DNA of 64,000 bases from Paraspadella gotoi (taxonomy: Eukaryota; Animalia; Chaetognatha): positions 17,818,628 through 17,882,627 of the forward strand of contig CM119263.1 of assembly GCA_051294375.1 (NCBI GenBank), in the 5' to 3' direction. Of this stretch, positions 42,735 to 59,452 are shown in pieces. Under the pieces are notes generated by a model that ran no database searches, was not told the origin of the DNA, and was given only the letters and a program-made list of their open reading frames with translations. The first letter of the stretch is position 1. Each line of letters opens with the position of its first letter. A program made the position numbers and the translations under genes.

Positions 42735-44600
42735 TTATTTGTTGTATAAATAGAGAACGGAGAATATGATAATATTTACGACTAAGACAATGCTGCCCAG
42801 GCAACAGCGTAAGATACGCCTGTCCCGTAATTCCTCCGTAATTGGCGGGCCTGCGTAATGAGAAAAAAAAATGTGTTAATAAATGCAGCAAAAAGTTAAA
42901 AAAGTTAACACTGTTTAATTTTTATGGAGAAAATACCTTGCGAAATGACGATAACTCGCTGAGGCATCTGTCGTTAAAAAAAGTTACTTTTAGCTAGCCA
43001 TAGCCAATTAAATTTAAATTCTATTGTATACAGCATTAAAATTATCTACCATGAGCATAGATATTCAATAGGGTGAAGTTTGGAATCAAAATTTAGCAGT
43101 TATATCTTGAAAACTATCATATTAATAAATATTAATCTTTAGTTATTTTTCTTTTTTTATGAATATAGTAGCCCAGTCAGCTTAATTTTTATTTAGTACT
43201 ACCGTCATATAATGTCAAAATTTCAAAATAGTTTTTTTAAATTCTGGAAACAGATTCAAAATTCTTGTAAAAAGTTTATAAAAGAAAATATTAATATTTT
43301 TCAAAAATTATGTTATTAAGTAGGTTAAAATTACAAAAAACTATATTTTTAAACTGGAAATTAAAAATTGGTATTTTAAATATAGTTTTTTTATATTTTT
43401 GACCAACTTAATGAAATAATTTTAAAAAAAGAATTATACTTTCTTATATCAACTTTTGGTAAGGAATCTTAAAATTTAAAATATATATATATATTTAAAT
43501 AAAGCTCACTGGTGTCCATTAATGTATAAAATTAAAAAATAAATTTACCAAAGTATTTTTATTTGATTTTATTTTCATGTTCTATATGCTAAATTGAATT
43601 TTTTTAAATTTTATTATTTTCACATCATTAATATTCAAAATATATTTTTTTTGTCAAATTTTTTTTCAGGGTATTAGCCTAATTAATATCATTATATTAC
43701 TATATAAAAATTGTTTTAAATCTTAAAATTTTTTGATAGATTCTGTTAGAGCATAAAAAGTTTTTACATTTTTTAAGTAAAAATAAGAAAAAACTGATAG
43801 AATCATTGAAAGATGATGATGATGATTTTTTAACGGTTTTTCTTATTTATGACACACTTATCATCAAAATATTTAAAAAAGAATTATACTCAGTGCAGAC
43901 AACTTTTCATTAGCTATCTGAATCTGGCCATAAAATTTTAAATTTTACAAATTTTTTTTTAGTATTTTCTATCTATAGATAAATATTAAAAAACTAATTA
44001 CTAGCCTTATAGTGTAAGAAGCCGTACAGTTTAAAAAAATTTTTTTTTCATTGAAAGTATACTTAAAAATGTATAAATTTTCGTTTGAGCTTGTACTCAT
44101 TCACCCCATTGAGTAGAACTTTAGTTTAGTTTATATTTATGTCCAATGGACATTAAAAAAGCAGAGTGAGGCACCTGAGACGTTGACCGAACCGGCGGTT
44201 GCCTGGGATTTGGGATCGCGCATCGGGGAATTCGAGGAAGCGGCGACGATGATGCCGTCGCTGCGGGGGACGGCCGTGGCGTTTCCCCGGGCACCAACAT
44301 TTCGTCGTCGTCGTAAGAACGATTCTGCGTGAAAAAGCGATCGTGGAAAGTCCATCGATCTTGAAATTGAGGGTCGACCCTAGAATACGGCGGCGGGTCC
44401 TCCCCGGCGTCCACCGTCTCTGCACTTGGCGACGCGTCTTGGATTATATGCGGCGCTGAAGCCGGCGTCATTGGCGCCGCTAAAGCTGACGGCACTGAAG
44501 CCGGCGTCAATCGCGGGGTCGCTACGGGATCAATCGCCACCGGAGTCGAATTGTGCAACAAATCCTCCTCGTCGCCTTGAATTTCAGATTGTGAAAACAT
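42735..44600 (-). CDS. Pro-rich PPxY tail-anchored membrane protein (~190 aa), possibly a derived dispanin paralog
   Basis: Exons 44600-44175 (EDPPPYSRV; phase-0 donor), micro-exon 42967-42937 (MPQRVIVISQ, cag|...|gtattt), 42850-42735 (GPPITEELRDRRILRCCLGSIVLVVNIIIFSVLYLYNK*). Phases 0 and 1 fit exactly. Confidence 0.72.
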
Positions 44601-45060
44601 TTCCGAGTTTCCAGGTTTTTAATTTTTATTATGTCAATTTGAAGCTTCAGCACCGAACAGTAGGTACGGCTCGCAATAATAATAATTATTAAAAAAATTT
44701 AGATATTTTTTAAAAGAATATAGTTTTCAAATTTATTTTGAATTGAAGCATTCCCATAACGAATTGAAACGTAAGCCAGAAATGAAAATAAAAAAATAAA
44801 AACGTACAAAGGGCCGCCTAGATGTATAAAAAGCGAAAGTTTAGTTGTGCAGATACTATAATCGATATGTACAAATTGTGTCGGGTATAAGATGACGTAG
44901 AACTTCAGTTGAAAATTGTAGAGAAATACTATTAAAATACAATTAAAATCAAAAGATGACAAATTATTTGCCCCATTGCTTGTTACAAGTAAAAAAAAAA
45001 TTGCTTTCATTCTAAGGACATCATAATAGGTCAATTCTGCCACGCGCCTAGACTTAGCCT

Positions 45061-46246
45061 TCAACAATAATCCCCAACGCAACCGAAGTCATTGCCAGCG
45101 CGATTAGCAGCCGGAAGAAAGACGGCAAAGTAGACGATGATGGTGATGCCGAAGAGGATGACGGCGATGATGATGCCGGAGATCGAGACCCACATGGAAG
45201 CTCGACCCGATCGACGGGCTCCTTCGACATCGCCTGAAGGAAAGGTTGGAACGAGGCTGATCTTGTGATCATTGATCGGATAAAGAACGAATGCCACTGG
45301 TCACTGTGGTCAGGGATCAGTGATCAATGGTCATGTGTGGTTGAATAAGAATGTCTCACAGCCCCACGAATGTCGTTTCATGATTCCATTATTCAAATCC
45401 CATCAGATGGCGTTGGTCGTTCAATACTTCAACATCCACTCACCCTGCCCAAAGTTGCCGTCTGAGACGCAAGAGAGAATCCAAGCGATGAGACCGAACA
45501 GCGGATTGCAGAAGACCAAAGTCAGGACGGCCAAAACCATGTAGTTCTCGGGTTTGACCGGCCCAGCGTTTTGGATCACCGTCACGTTGGGCACCGCCAT
45601 GGGTTGGACGTTGGTCACCGTCACCATTGCTGAAGGTCAAATGCGAGGGTGGTACGATAAAAGTTTAACTGATGCAGTTTTGTTTAAAGGAAAATGAGTA
45701 AAACTTTGGAGGTAAAAAATTTGAGGAAAAATGCTGGTTTTTCGTTCAGTAAGAAGTATGAACTATCATTTGAGTTCCTTTACCTGGGTTGACGTGTGGC
45801 ACGTGAACCATATTGGTCTGAAAGAAAGACGAAAAAAAAAATTCAAACAATGTAAAGTTGAAACTGTCTTCTGATTATATCGAACGACAATTATTTTTTT
45901 AAAAATTGTTACGAAGCGGCTTGCTTCAACCAAAATTTAAATGAAGATGCTATAATCTCGCCATTAATGTCATGTGTTGTAATATCCATGAAGTTATAGT
46001 GACAACAACAACAACTTCGACCTACTCAATCATTTCACCCCCAAAATCCAACTACACTCTTACCGGTTGTATCACCGTCACCGGCGACATCGGCGGCGTC
46101 ATCGGCGTCGACATCTGCGGCGGCATGGGCGGCGGTATAGCCGGCATTCCAACTGCGGCCCCTGCGGTCGCGTGATCATAACTGGGCGGGGCGGCGGCGT
46201 CCAGCAAGGGGTCGTCATCGTCGCGTCCTTTGCGGAAGGGTTGCAT
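45061..46246 (-). CDS. CD225/dispanin membrane protein A
   Basis: Exons 46246-46064 (DDDDPLL, PPSY), 45817-45784 (TNMVHVPHVNP), 45629-45444 (KPENYMVLAVLTLVFCNPLFGLIAWILSCVSDGNFGQ), 45233-45061 (GDVEGARRSGRASMWVSISGIIIAVILFGITIIVYFAVF...FGCVGDYC*). Canonical CD225 GDxxGA motif. Confidence 0.93.
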
Positions 46247-46921
46247 ATTTCTATTTTTGTTCGAATTTGAAATCTGAATTCGATTATGAAGAAAAAAAAA
46301 GCTCGATTAGGATTTTCGCACGAAAGTTAAAAAAGTTTAAGTCTGAAGAGAGGAGGCAGCGATTCGGGGTGGGAATAATGAGACAGAAAAGTCAAGAAGC
46401 AAAGGTGAAAGCAAGAAATTAAGAAGGCAGGGGAAGAGTCAGGAACTATTCGTGTCTCCAGGAAAGTCTGTTCATTATAAACGAACTATAAGTCGAAGAG
46501 GAATGGAAAAGAAAAGTCGACAATTATTTCGAGGATTAACAAAATAAAAATAAAACAAACGCGAAACGAAGAAAGCAATGTCATACTGGTTTGTTCGTTG
46601 CCAAGTCGAAAAAAAAATATCGAAGGAGTGGAATTTTGATATAAAATTGAGACCCACGTATTTTTAAGTTGTATAAAATATTTTCTCCTCAAAGTTTAAA
46701 CAGGGAATATGCTAAATTTAAACAGGTAACGTGATAAATTTTTATTAAAAATACATGAAATATTGGAAGAGAGAAGAGAGATTATAATAAATATTCAATT
46801 GCGTAAACAGGAAATATTTTTAAGATCTTATGAAATTGGTACAACCAATATAAAATTATCTATTCATTTAATAAATAAGCTATTTTGCCGCTTACTTTGT
46901 AAATTTTCGTTATATGAATTA

Positions 46922-47059
46922 CTGTGCTAAGTGAAAAAAACATCTTTTTTCAAAATATTTCGGTATATATTTCTATGCATTATTCTACTTATTTGTTGAT
47001 GGCATAGAAATAAATATATGCCGAAATTTTTGGGACAATTTTTTTTTCACTTGGCACAG
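46922..47059. mobile_element. 138 bp palindromic MITE-like element
   Basis: CTGTGCTAAGTGAAAAAAA ... TTTTTTTCACTTGGCACAG termini, with inner arms TTTCGGTATAT/ATATGCCGAAA and ATTTCTATGC/GCATAGAAAT. Confidence 0.7.
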
Positions 47060-47290
47060 TTTCCTATAAAAAAATTTACATGAGATTTTAAAAATAGTTC
47101 CTGTGCTTAGAATGACGATTTAAGGAACTACTTTTTCTTTCTCATTCTCTCTCTGTTTCTCTCTTCATTTATTTCATAAATATTGTCATTTAATGAACTT
47201 TAATCTTCCCTTGTAAAAAATAAATAAATTTGTGTATATGTAGTTTTTTTTTCATTTGTCTTTGTTCCACACGCAACGAATAAGAAGAAA

Positions 47291-47541
47291 AACAAGGAAC
47301 GTTTATTCCAAGGAGTTGCGCCGAATTACTTTTTTTTTACTTATCTTTTCTTTAAAAAAAAGGCGGCGTCAGTAGTTGTTTAGATTTGATTTTTAACAAA
47401 TGAGCAACAAACTAAAGGCAAGTTATAAGTGTTTTTAACATAAGTGGGACAGACCGATGGACAGACATACCGACGGACCGACAGACCGGCCGATCGACCA
47501 AAAAGTGACTTATAGAGTTGCGCCGCGAGTACTCGCGGAAA
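47291..47541 (-). mobile_element. HINE-like repeat, homologous to 42357-42667
   Basis: Same conserved blocks, (GACA/GACC)n tract and CCGCGAGTACTCGCGG hairpin. Confidence 0.6.
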
Positions 47542-47946
47542 AAGACAAATTGGCGACGTCGTCGTCGTCGTCGTCGTGGTCGGCGTCGTTTTTCAGCAGG
47601 TTTTCCTTTCCATTAAAACCAGAATCAGACCTGGATATTTTTTCTTGAGAGAAACGACGCATAACACGAAATGGGATTCGTGGTGGGTTCAGCGGCGTCC
47701 TTCTCTTGATACTTACCTAAGTCATTTCGTCCGGGACGAAGAAAGGATTGTAGAAATAAAGGTGAAAAAGGAAGAAAGGATGCAACGATGAAGGAACATA
47801 AGTGGCAATGGAATGGGGAATGAAGACAAAAGAATTAAAAAGTTGTCCAATTTCCAGCCCAGAGTGATTGTAATAGACATCAGTTGACTTTGTACTTTAG
47901 TCAGTATATTGTATAATGTATATCTTTCTTAAATCATTTCATTATT

Positions 47947-48038
<92 letters not shown>

Positions 48039-48635
48039 TTAATCTCATATTTATTTTTATTGAATCTTTTTTTCTTCTTTTGTTTTTTAGAAAAACCTAT
48101 CCCGATATAAACTACCATCTACCGGAACCAAATCCTTTTCATCAAAAACAAAATTAAAATTAAAATTAACTAAAAATTATCCAGTATTTTTAGTTTTAAA
48201 AACAATTTTAATTTTTGTGTTGCGATCTTACGAATGAGAACAACTTAATTTAAAAAAAAACATATTTATACTGTATTTCGTGATGTATTTTCATCGATGC
48301 CGGATTCCCGATACCATTGCATTGGTAAATAATACTAAATATGTATAAAAGATTCATGCATATAAGCTATTGGACTATAAAAAAATATTCTTATTTTCTG
48401 TTCGGAAAAATATGATTTATTTATTGAACGGTATTCTCTTCCTTAAAATTTGTTTATCTGTTTCTTATAAAGACTGATAATATGTGACGTAAAAACAGTC
48501 CTTTCTCTCTCGTTGGTTATTATTAAATTCAAGGAAGGAAAACTTTACTTATTTTTCACAACGAAATTACTATTTAATGGCAGACATGTTGATAACAGTT
48601 TAACACTATAATGATTGAACAGAGAAAAAGAGGGA

Positions 48636-48750
<115 letters not shown>

Positions 48751-49020
48751 GATCGGTGCCGACAACGTCTGAAAGCCGAAGCGCCACAATCGATCGACGG
48801 GAATATAAAAAATTACATTAAAAAACATCTACCAGAGAATTTTAACCTAAGGATCCCTATTTGACACTGTTCTTTTCTTCCGTAACTGTTTATTACTTCT
48901 CGTAAATGAGAAAGCTGAGTTTATCTTTATGTTAACAATAATTTTCGTTATATTACAAGAACATTTTTAAACAATTAAAAAAAAACAATTTTGACATTGT
49001 CCATATATTCTTTTCCATTT

Positions 49021-51169
<2,149 letters not shown>

Positions 51170-51772
51170 CTGAAATGTCGGTGAGAAAGGAAAAATGGGG
51201 GCGAGGGTGAAAGAGAGAGATGGAAAAAAGATAAGTAGGGAGAAATGTGAAAGAGAGAAGAGAGAGAAAAAAGTGGTCGAAAGGGAAAAAATTTAAAAAA
51301 AAAGAAAAAAAAAGAAAAACAGTGGGGAAAAGTGATAAACGGGAGGGGGGGGGGAATTATTCATTTTTGAATTCGCTTCAACTTATTTGTTTCCTTTCAG
51401 CTCAAATCAAAGTTCAAACTTAAAACGATTTTTCTGACAAACAAATTGATGCGATTACCATGTACCCGTTTCGTCATTCCTTGTCGTTTTACTGAGGACT
51501 TTTCCAGGGATACTTAATACAGGCGTCAGCTACATATTTCAAATTTCAAATTGATTGCCTACGTATTTATTAAAATATTAAAATAAACAGCAAAAAAATA
51601 AAAAAAGATGCGACTCGTTTATATTTCCTAATCTTTTTCGGTTTCTATTTATTAATTACTTTGAGAAGCAGTCCAAATAAAAATTGTAAAAAAGAGTTCG
51701 GACTCTGAGGATTCGAAGCGTGAACATGTGGCAAGATCATTTCACAGCTACTTCGAAATCGAAGAAAGGAGG

Positions 51773-51864
<92 letters not shown>

Positions 51865-52069
51865 TAGAGAGAGAATACATGAGAGAGACGTGTGAATAAA
51901 AAAGAGGAGAAAGAGTTTGTAATGATTTCTCTCGAAATATGAGTGGATTGCAATGAGGTTCAAAGTGGTCCCGAGATGAGGCCCAATCAAGTGGAACCCC
52001 TGAGGGGGTCAATTGGATTCGTGAGGACCTCCCTCAACATTTCTCTCTCTCTCTCTCTTCTCTCTCTCT

Positions 52070-52105
<36 letters not shown>

Positions 52106-52362
52106 CGTGTATAATAGAACATCCTTGGATTTTAAATCGAAACGGAAACTAATCGTTAAAAACAAAATAATTTAGAAAATTAATACAAAATATAAAAAAA
52201 GGAAAAATTATTTTCGGTTTTAAAATCAGAAATTTCTAAAAAATCTAATCATTGCGTCAATACTGGAAAATAGAGGGAAAATTAGTTTATAAAAAATAAG
52301 ACGATTTTTTTCCACCATATTTATGGGAGATCATCGTTTATGCTATTAATGAGAGAGAGAGA

Positions 52363-52472
<110 letters not shown>

Positions 52473-52599
52473 CACATCGGGTCTACTTTCCCTCAACCAC
52501 TTAGCCATCGAGGGCTTTCCGTCTCCTCTTTATTCCCCCCCTTTTTCTCCGATCATTTTCCCTGCACCTGATTTATGATCTTTTTTTGATGGACGCCGC

Positions 52600-52850
52600 G
52601 CCACCGATTGAGATCTTATCTCGGGGCAAACCCATCGGCCAATCACAATTCGATTGGCGTCTGGCAGCGTGTCTTCGACCAATCAGAAACCGTTTTAAGA
52701 TTAAACCGCGTCTAGGGAAGGAAACTCGCCAATAAACGACGGAGTAATCTTCGAAGACGTTTTGAGAAAAAAGAAAAAATTCCACGAATCGACGTTGAGG
52801 GTTTAACTTCGACGTCAATCCTCGAGATCCTTCAGCTGCGTGGACCAATC
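52600..52850. promoter_or_regulatory. CCAAT-box cluster upstream of the visible NK4 exons
   Basis: GGCCAATCA, GATTGGC and GACCAATCA (twice) within ~250 bp of CpG-containing non-repeat sequence; function inferred only. Confidence 0.3.
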
Positions 52851-54192
52851 AACGATCGACGTTGACAGATCGACGAATGAGTCGTCGAGACGACGGCGAC
52901 GACGAAGATGTCGATGGCGACCGAACTCACCCGCCGGAACCAAAAGCCAAAAACAAATTGGCGGCCTTAATAGGAGCTCAATTGCCGGCAAATGTGAGAC
53001 TGGAATATGACAACTGTTTATCCCAACCCAATTAAAGGAATTACACATTTTTAGTACTTTTGTTATGAACTGAGCTTAACTGAAAAATCAAGGAAACCCT
53101 AAAGCTTTTTAGAAAAAAAAACTGCTAAGTTTTTATGAATTAACAAACTTTATGAAAGATAAATCCGCAAAAGAATAATATTTTCATATTTTCTTAGCTT
53201 AAGTGACTCCTTACTTCTGGCCAACCTCCCTTAAGTGATGGCGGAAAGAACTCAAAGGCTTTTTTTATCGGCGAAAAGAAAAGTAAACATCGGTTTTGAT
53301 TCTCTGATATCAATTTCGAACCCTTATCGAGATCGCTCTCTCTTTACTCTCTCTATCTCGCTCTCTCTCTCTCTCCATATATTCTCTCCCTTTCCCAATT
53401 CAATTTCCCATTTGAGAAAAAAATTGAAAATAATTTTTTGTCAACAGAGATTTTTTTTTAAACAAACTTCAAAGAAGAACCTAAATCGTTTGTCGTTTCA
53501 TCTTTACAATTCCGTTCCAAATGTCTTCCTCATCACTTAATCATCAATTTTCTACCCAATATCCGCAAAATTCTACTACCCTCCCCCCCTGTCCCTTTTT
53601 CTACCTCCCCCTATCCCATCTAACCCCTTAAGCTCTCCCTCCTCCACCGCGGACCGTCTCGCGGTTTCGGCGGACAGGTGTTCTCCCCTTAAACAAAAAT
53701 TCTTCGCTCATTAATAGAATCCTCAATTTTATTATCGGCCTCCTCCTTCCCCCTCTTCTTCTTNNNNNNNNNNNNNNNNNNNNNNNNNNNNNNNNNNNNN
53801 NNNNNNNNNNNNNNNNNNNNNNNNNNNNNNNNNNNNNNNNNNNNNNNNNNNNNNNNNNNNNNNNNNNNNNNNNNNNNNNNNNNNNNNNNNNNNNNNNNNN
53901 NNNNNNNNNNNNNNNNNNNNNNNNNNNNNNNNNNNNNNNNNNNNNNNNNNNNNNNNNNNNNNNNNNNNNNNNNNNNNNNNNNNNNNNNNNNNNNNNNCCC
54001 TCTTCTTCTTCTTCCTCCTCTTCCTTCTCCCAGTTACTCCTCCCTTCTCCTCCCCCAATTAGGAGGCGACTGACGCCCATTTTACAGGTTGGTCGTCGCG
54101 GCAAACTTACCGTGACCAAGACGACGACGAATAAAAGGACGATGTCGTCGACGACGGAGACGATGAAGACGAAGACGACGAAAAAGATAAAG

Positions 54193-54226
<34 letters not shown>

Positions 54227-54236
54227 AGAGAGAGAT

Positions 54237-54694
54237 CCATAATTGGTCTGAAAGAAAGACGAGAAAAAAAAAATTCAAAAACAATGTAAAGTTGAAACTG
54301 TCTTCTGATTTAATCGAACGAAAACAATTATTTTTTTAAAAATTGTTACGAAGCGGCTTGCTTCAACCAAAATTTAAATGAAGATGCTATAAATCTCGCC
54401 ATTAATGTCATGTGTTGTAATATCCATTGAAGTTATAGGTGACAACAACAACAACTTCGTACCTACTCAATCATTTCACCCCAAAGTCCAACTACACTCT
54501 TACCGTGATTGTATCACCGTCACCCGGCGACAGGTGCGCGGCCGTCATCGGCGTCGACATGCTGCGGCGGCATGGGCGCGGCGGTATAGCCGGCATTGCC
54601 AACTGCGGCCTGCGGTCGCGTGATCATAACTGGGCGGGGCGGCGGCGTCCAGCAAGGGTCGTCATCGTCGGCGTCCTTTGCGGAAGGGTTGCAT
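54237..54694 (-). pseudogene. Frameshifted, truncated duplicate of dispanin A exons 1-2 (pseudogene or assembly artefact)
   Basis: Copy of 45808-46246 with several single-base insertions; cut inside the micro-exon, with no CD225 exons. Confidence 0.6.
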
Positions 54695-57149
54695 ATTTCT
54701 ATTTTTGTTCGAATTTGAAGATCTGAATTCGATTATGAAGAAAAAAAAAGGCTCGATTAGGATTTTCGCACGAAAGTTAAAAAGGTTTAAGTCTGAAGAG
54801 AGGAGCACGCGATTCGGGGTGGGAATAATGAGACACGAAAGGTCAAGAAGAGCAAAGGTGAAGGCAAGAATATTAAGAGAGGGCAGGCGGAAAGAGTCAG
54901 GAACTATTCGTGTCTCAGGAAAGTCTGTTCATTATAAACGAACTATATAGATCGAAAGAGGAATGGAAAGAAAAGTCGACAATTATTTCGAGGATTAACA
55001 AAATAAGAAATAAAACAAACGCGAAACGAAGAAAGCAAGTGTCATACTGGTTTGTTCGTTGCCAAGTCGAAAAAAAAATATCCGAAGGAGTGGAATTTGA
55101 TATAAAATTGAGACCCACGTATTTTTAAGTTGTATAAAATATTTTCTCTCAAGTTTAAAACAGGAATATGCTAAATTTAAACAGGTAACGTGTATAAATT
55201 TATTAAAAATACATGAAATATTGGAAGAGAGAAGAGAGATCTATAATAAATTGTCAATTGCGGGTAACAGGAAAATATTTTAAGATCTTATGAAATTGGT
55301 ACAACCAATATATAAATTATCTTATTCATTTAATAAATAAGCTATTTTGCCGCTTACTTTGTAAATTTTCGTTATATGAATTACTGTGCTAAGTGAAAAA
55401 AACATCTTTTTTCCAAAATATCTTCGGTATAATATTTCTATGCATTATTCTACTTATTTGTTGATGGCATAGAAATAAATATATGCCGAAATTTTGGGAC
55501 AATTTTTTTTTCACTTGAGCAGTTCGCTATAAAAAAATTTACTATGAGATTTTAAAAATAGTTGCCTGTGCTTAGAATGACAGTTTTAAGGAACTACTTT
55601 TTCTTTCTCATTCTCCTCTCTGTTTCTCTCTTCATTTAATTTCATAAATATTGTCATTTAATGAACCTTTAATCTTCCCTTGTAAAAAATAAATAAATTG
55701 TGTATATGTAGTTTTTTTTTCAATTTGTCTTTGTTCCACACGCAACAGAATAAGAAGAAAACAGGAACGTTTTTTCCAAGGAGTTGCGCCGAATTACTTT
55801 TTGTTTTACTTATCTTTTCTTTAAAAAAAAGGCGGCGTCAGTAAGTTGTTTAGATTTGATTTTTAACAAATGAGCAACAAACTAAAGGCAAGTTATTAAG
55901 TGTTTTTAACATAAGTGGGACAGACCGATCAGCCAAGGCGACCCGAGGACAAGAACCGCCGCGACGACGCATAAAAAAGTGACTTCATAGAAGTTGCGCC
56001 GCGAGGTACTCGCGGAAAAAGACACAAATTGGCGACGGTCGTCGGTCGTCGTCGTCGTGGTGCGCTCGCGTTTTGTCAGCAGGTTTTCCTTTCATTAAAA
56101 CCAGAATCAGACCTGGATATTTTTTCTTGAGAGAACGACGCATAAACACGAAAGGGATTCGTGGTGGGTTCAGCGGCGTCCTTCTCTTGGATACTTACCT
56201 AAGTCATTTCGTCCGGGAACGAAGAAAGGATTGTAGAAATAAAGGTGAAAAGGAAGAAGGGATGCAACGATGAAGGAACATAAGTGGCAATGGAATGGGG
56301 AATGAAACAAAAGAATATTAAAAGTTGTCCAATTTCCCAGCCAGAGTGATTGTAATAGACATCAGTTGACTTTGTACTCTATATCTGTGCAGTATATTGT
56401 ATAATGTATATCTTTTCTTAAATCATTTTCATTATTTCTTTCTTTTTTCTTTCTTTCTTTCTTTCTTCTTTCTTTCGTTTCTTTCTTTTCTGTTCTTTTC
56501 TTCTTTCTTTCTTTCTTTCTTTCTTTCTTTTAACTCTCATATTTATTTTTATTGAATCTTTTTTCTTCTTTGTTTTTTTAGAAAAAACCTATCCGATATA
56601 ACCTACCATCTACCGGAACCAAATCCTTTTCATCAAGAAACAAAATTAAATTAAAATTAACTAAAAATTATCCAGTATTTTTAGTTTTAAAACAATTTTA
56701 ATTTTTGGTGTTGCGATCTTACGAATAGAGAACAACTTAATTTAAAAAAAAACCATATTTATAAAGCTGTATTTCGTGATGTATTTCATCGATGCCGGGA
56801 TTCCCCGATACCATTGCATTGGTAAATAATACTAAAATATGTATAAAAGATTCATGCATATAAGCTATTGGACTATAAAAAAATATTCTTATTTTCTGTT
56901 CGGAAAAATATGATTTATTTATTGAACGGTATTCTTCTTCCTTAAAATTTGTTTATCTGTTTTTATAAAGACTGATAATATGTGACGTAAAACAGTCCTT
57001 TCTCTCTCGTTGGTTATTATTAAATTCAAGAAGGAAAACACTTTAACTTATTTTTCACACCGAAATTACTATTTAATGGCAGACATGTTGATAACAGTTT
57101 AACACTATAATGATTGAACAGAGAAAAAAGAGGGAGAGGGAGAGAAGAG

Positions 57150-57222
<73 letters not shown>

Positions 57223-57501
57223 GAGAGACGATCGGTGCCGACAACGGTCTGAAAGCCGAAGCGCCCACAATCGATCAGACGGAATATAAAAAATTACATT
57301 AAAAAACATCTACCAGAGAATTTTAACCCTAAGGATCCCTATTTGACACTGTTCTTTTCTTCCGTAACTGTTTATTACTTCTCGATAATGAGAAAGCTGA
57401 GTTTATCTTTATGTAACAATAATTTTCGTTATATTACACAGAACATTTTTAAACCAATTAAAAAAAACAATTTTGACATTGTCCATATATTCTTTTCATT
57501 T

Positions 57502-58948
57502 CTACCAGGCTCTTATTCCCGCGCTGCATCCCAAGAGACAGAACTTTGCTGCTGCTGTTGATGGTGATGTTGCTGCTGCTGAGCCGCCGGCCGCGGCCGC
57601 CGCGTAGGAAGCAGGCCGCGGCCGCCGCAGCGATACCAGCCGAGACCGGATGCGGCGCCCGACGACGAAGCGACGTCATCCGTGGGCGACATGCTGGACG
57701 AAAGCGGCGCCGGTGCGAGCCGTCGACGATGACGCCGGCACCGCAAATTCAGAAGCGCCAGTGTTTGCGGCGCCGAAGCCTGAAGTCAGAGCGGCGTTGG
57801 GCGCGCCGTAACCCATGACCGTAGGCGGCGGAGGGGCCGTAGCCCTGGTGGTGGGCGGCGGCGGCGGCGGGAGAGTAGAAAGGTGAAAACGGGCGAAGGG
57901 GGTTGACGTTGTAGGGGGGCGTGGAAGAGGAGGATTGATTGGCTCCTGAATGGGGGGGAATTTTTTTGATTGGTACGAATAAGTACACGTTTAAACATTC
58001 TTTGAATATTTTCCACTTCATTGATAGGGAAGCCAGGTACCACTGGGAGTGAATAAATGGAGACTTTGAGAGAGTCTGATTGAAAGCTTGCAGGGACTTG
58101 CTATGTCATTATCTGTAAGAGTGATGGAGGCCTGAAATCACCAAAGCCTCTCCAAAGTCAGGGGCAAGATAGCTTATTTATTTAATTTTTATATTGTTTG
58201 TGCCAATTTCATAAAAATTTCAAATTCACTAAATAAATCTTGCCTCTCTTATTTAGACAGGCTATGATGGTGAGTTGAGGCTTACATCCCTTTACATTGG
58301 AAAGGTCTCTCACACTTTTCTGTTCTTCTTCTTGTCGTGACTCAAAAAAAAAAAAAAAGACGATGAAGACGGACGACGAGGACGATGACCTTACCATTCA
58401 CGACGGTGAATCTCACCACTCAACCGTTTACTCTTCCCTGTCCCCATTCCGCCTTCTATTTCCATTTCCCTCGACGCCCTTTTAATTCGCTCCCTATTTC
58501 CTTATCTCCTCCTACGATTTATTTTTTCTCTATTTTCCACCCACAAATCCAACTCCCCGTTTGAATAGCTACGCTACGCTCCCTCCCTCCCCCTTCCTTC
58601 CAATTTCGTTCACCTCCGTTGGAATAACCCGCTCCGGCGCGAAGACGCCGCTCATCGAAGCGGCGTTGGCGTAGTGTGGCGTGACTCAACGAAGTGGCGA
58701 TGGCGTGACCGCAGTCGGCCCGTCGTCCTGACCAGAACGGGCACGGGAATACGCCGGGCAGAATGTGGGAGGTGGTTGGGGTGACTGGGATGGTGACCGG
58801 TGGGGGTGGAGAGTGGATGGTATGGTGGTGCCCGAAGGCGGTGGCGGCGTGGCGGCGCGGTGCACCGCGTGCGCCGTCAGTTCCAACGTTTGTCCTGACG
58901 TTGACGTTTGCATTTGTAGCGACGGTTTTGGAACCAGATCTTCACCTT

Positions 58949-58983
<35 letters not shown>

Positions 58984-58990
58984 AGAGCAC

Positions 58991-59027
<37 letters not shown>

Positions 59028-59400
59028 AGAGAGAGGAGAGAGAGCGAGGAGAGAGAGAGAGACGGGTTTATATGGAGATGAAAAATAAATACGAGATTTT
59101 GATTCGCGGTATAGATATTGCATATTACATATTACACTAAATGCCAAAATAACTATTGCAAATCCAAGAGATTTCGGAAACATTCCCGCTTTTACCTGAG
59201 TTGAGGTGAGTTCAAGACTCCGGCCAGACCGTCTCTCTCCGGCGCGCTCAAGTATCGTTGGCTGCTTGAAGCCGGCGTCCAGTTCAAAGACTTGCGCCTG
59301 TTGGGGGGGAAGGGGAAAAAGAAAAAGAATCATCATCATTATATCTCATGGACAAAACCATCAAGAGAAAGTGAAAGTCGAAACAGGTAGATGTATTCCC

Positions 59401-59452
<52 letters not shown>

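Noticed and set aside
54110-54236. Possible upstream NK4 exon (gtaagt donor at ~54109; FIVSVVDDIVL resembles a TN motif)
   Set aside because: Built from (GAC)n repeat, the frame differs between the two copies and the TN-like match is not kept in copy 2.
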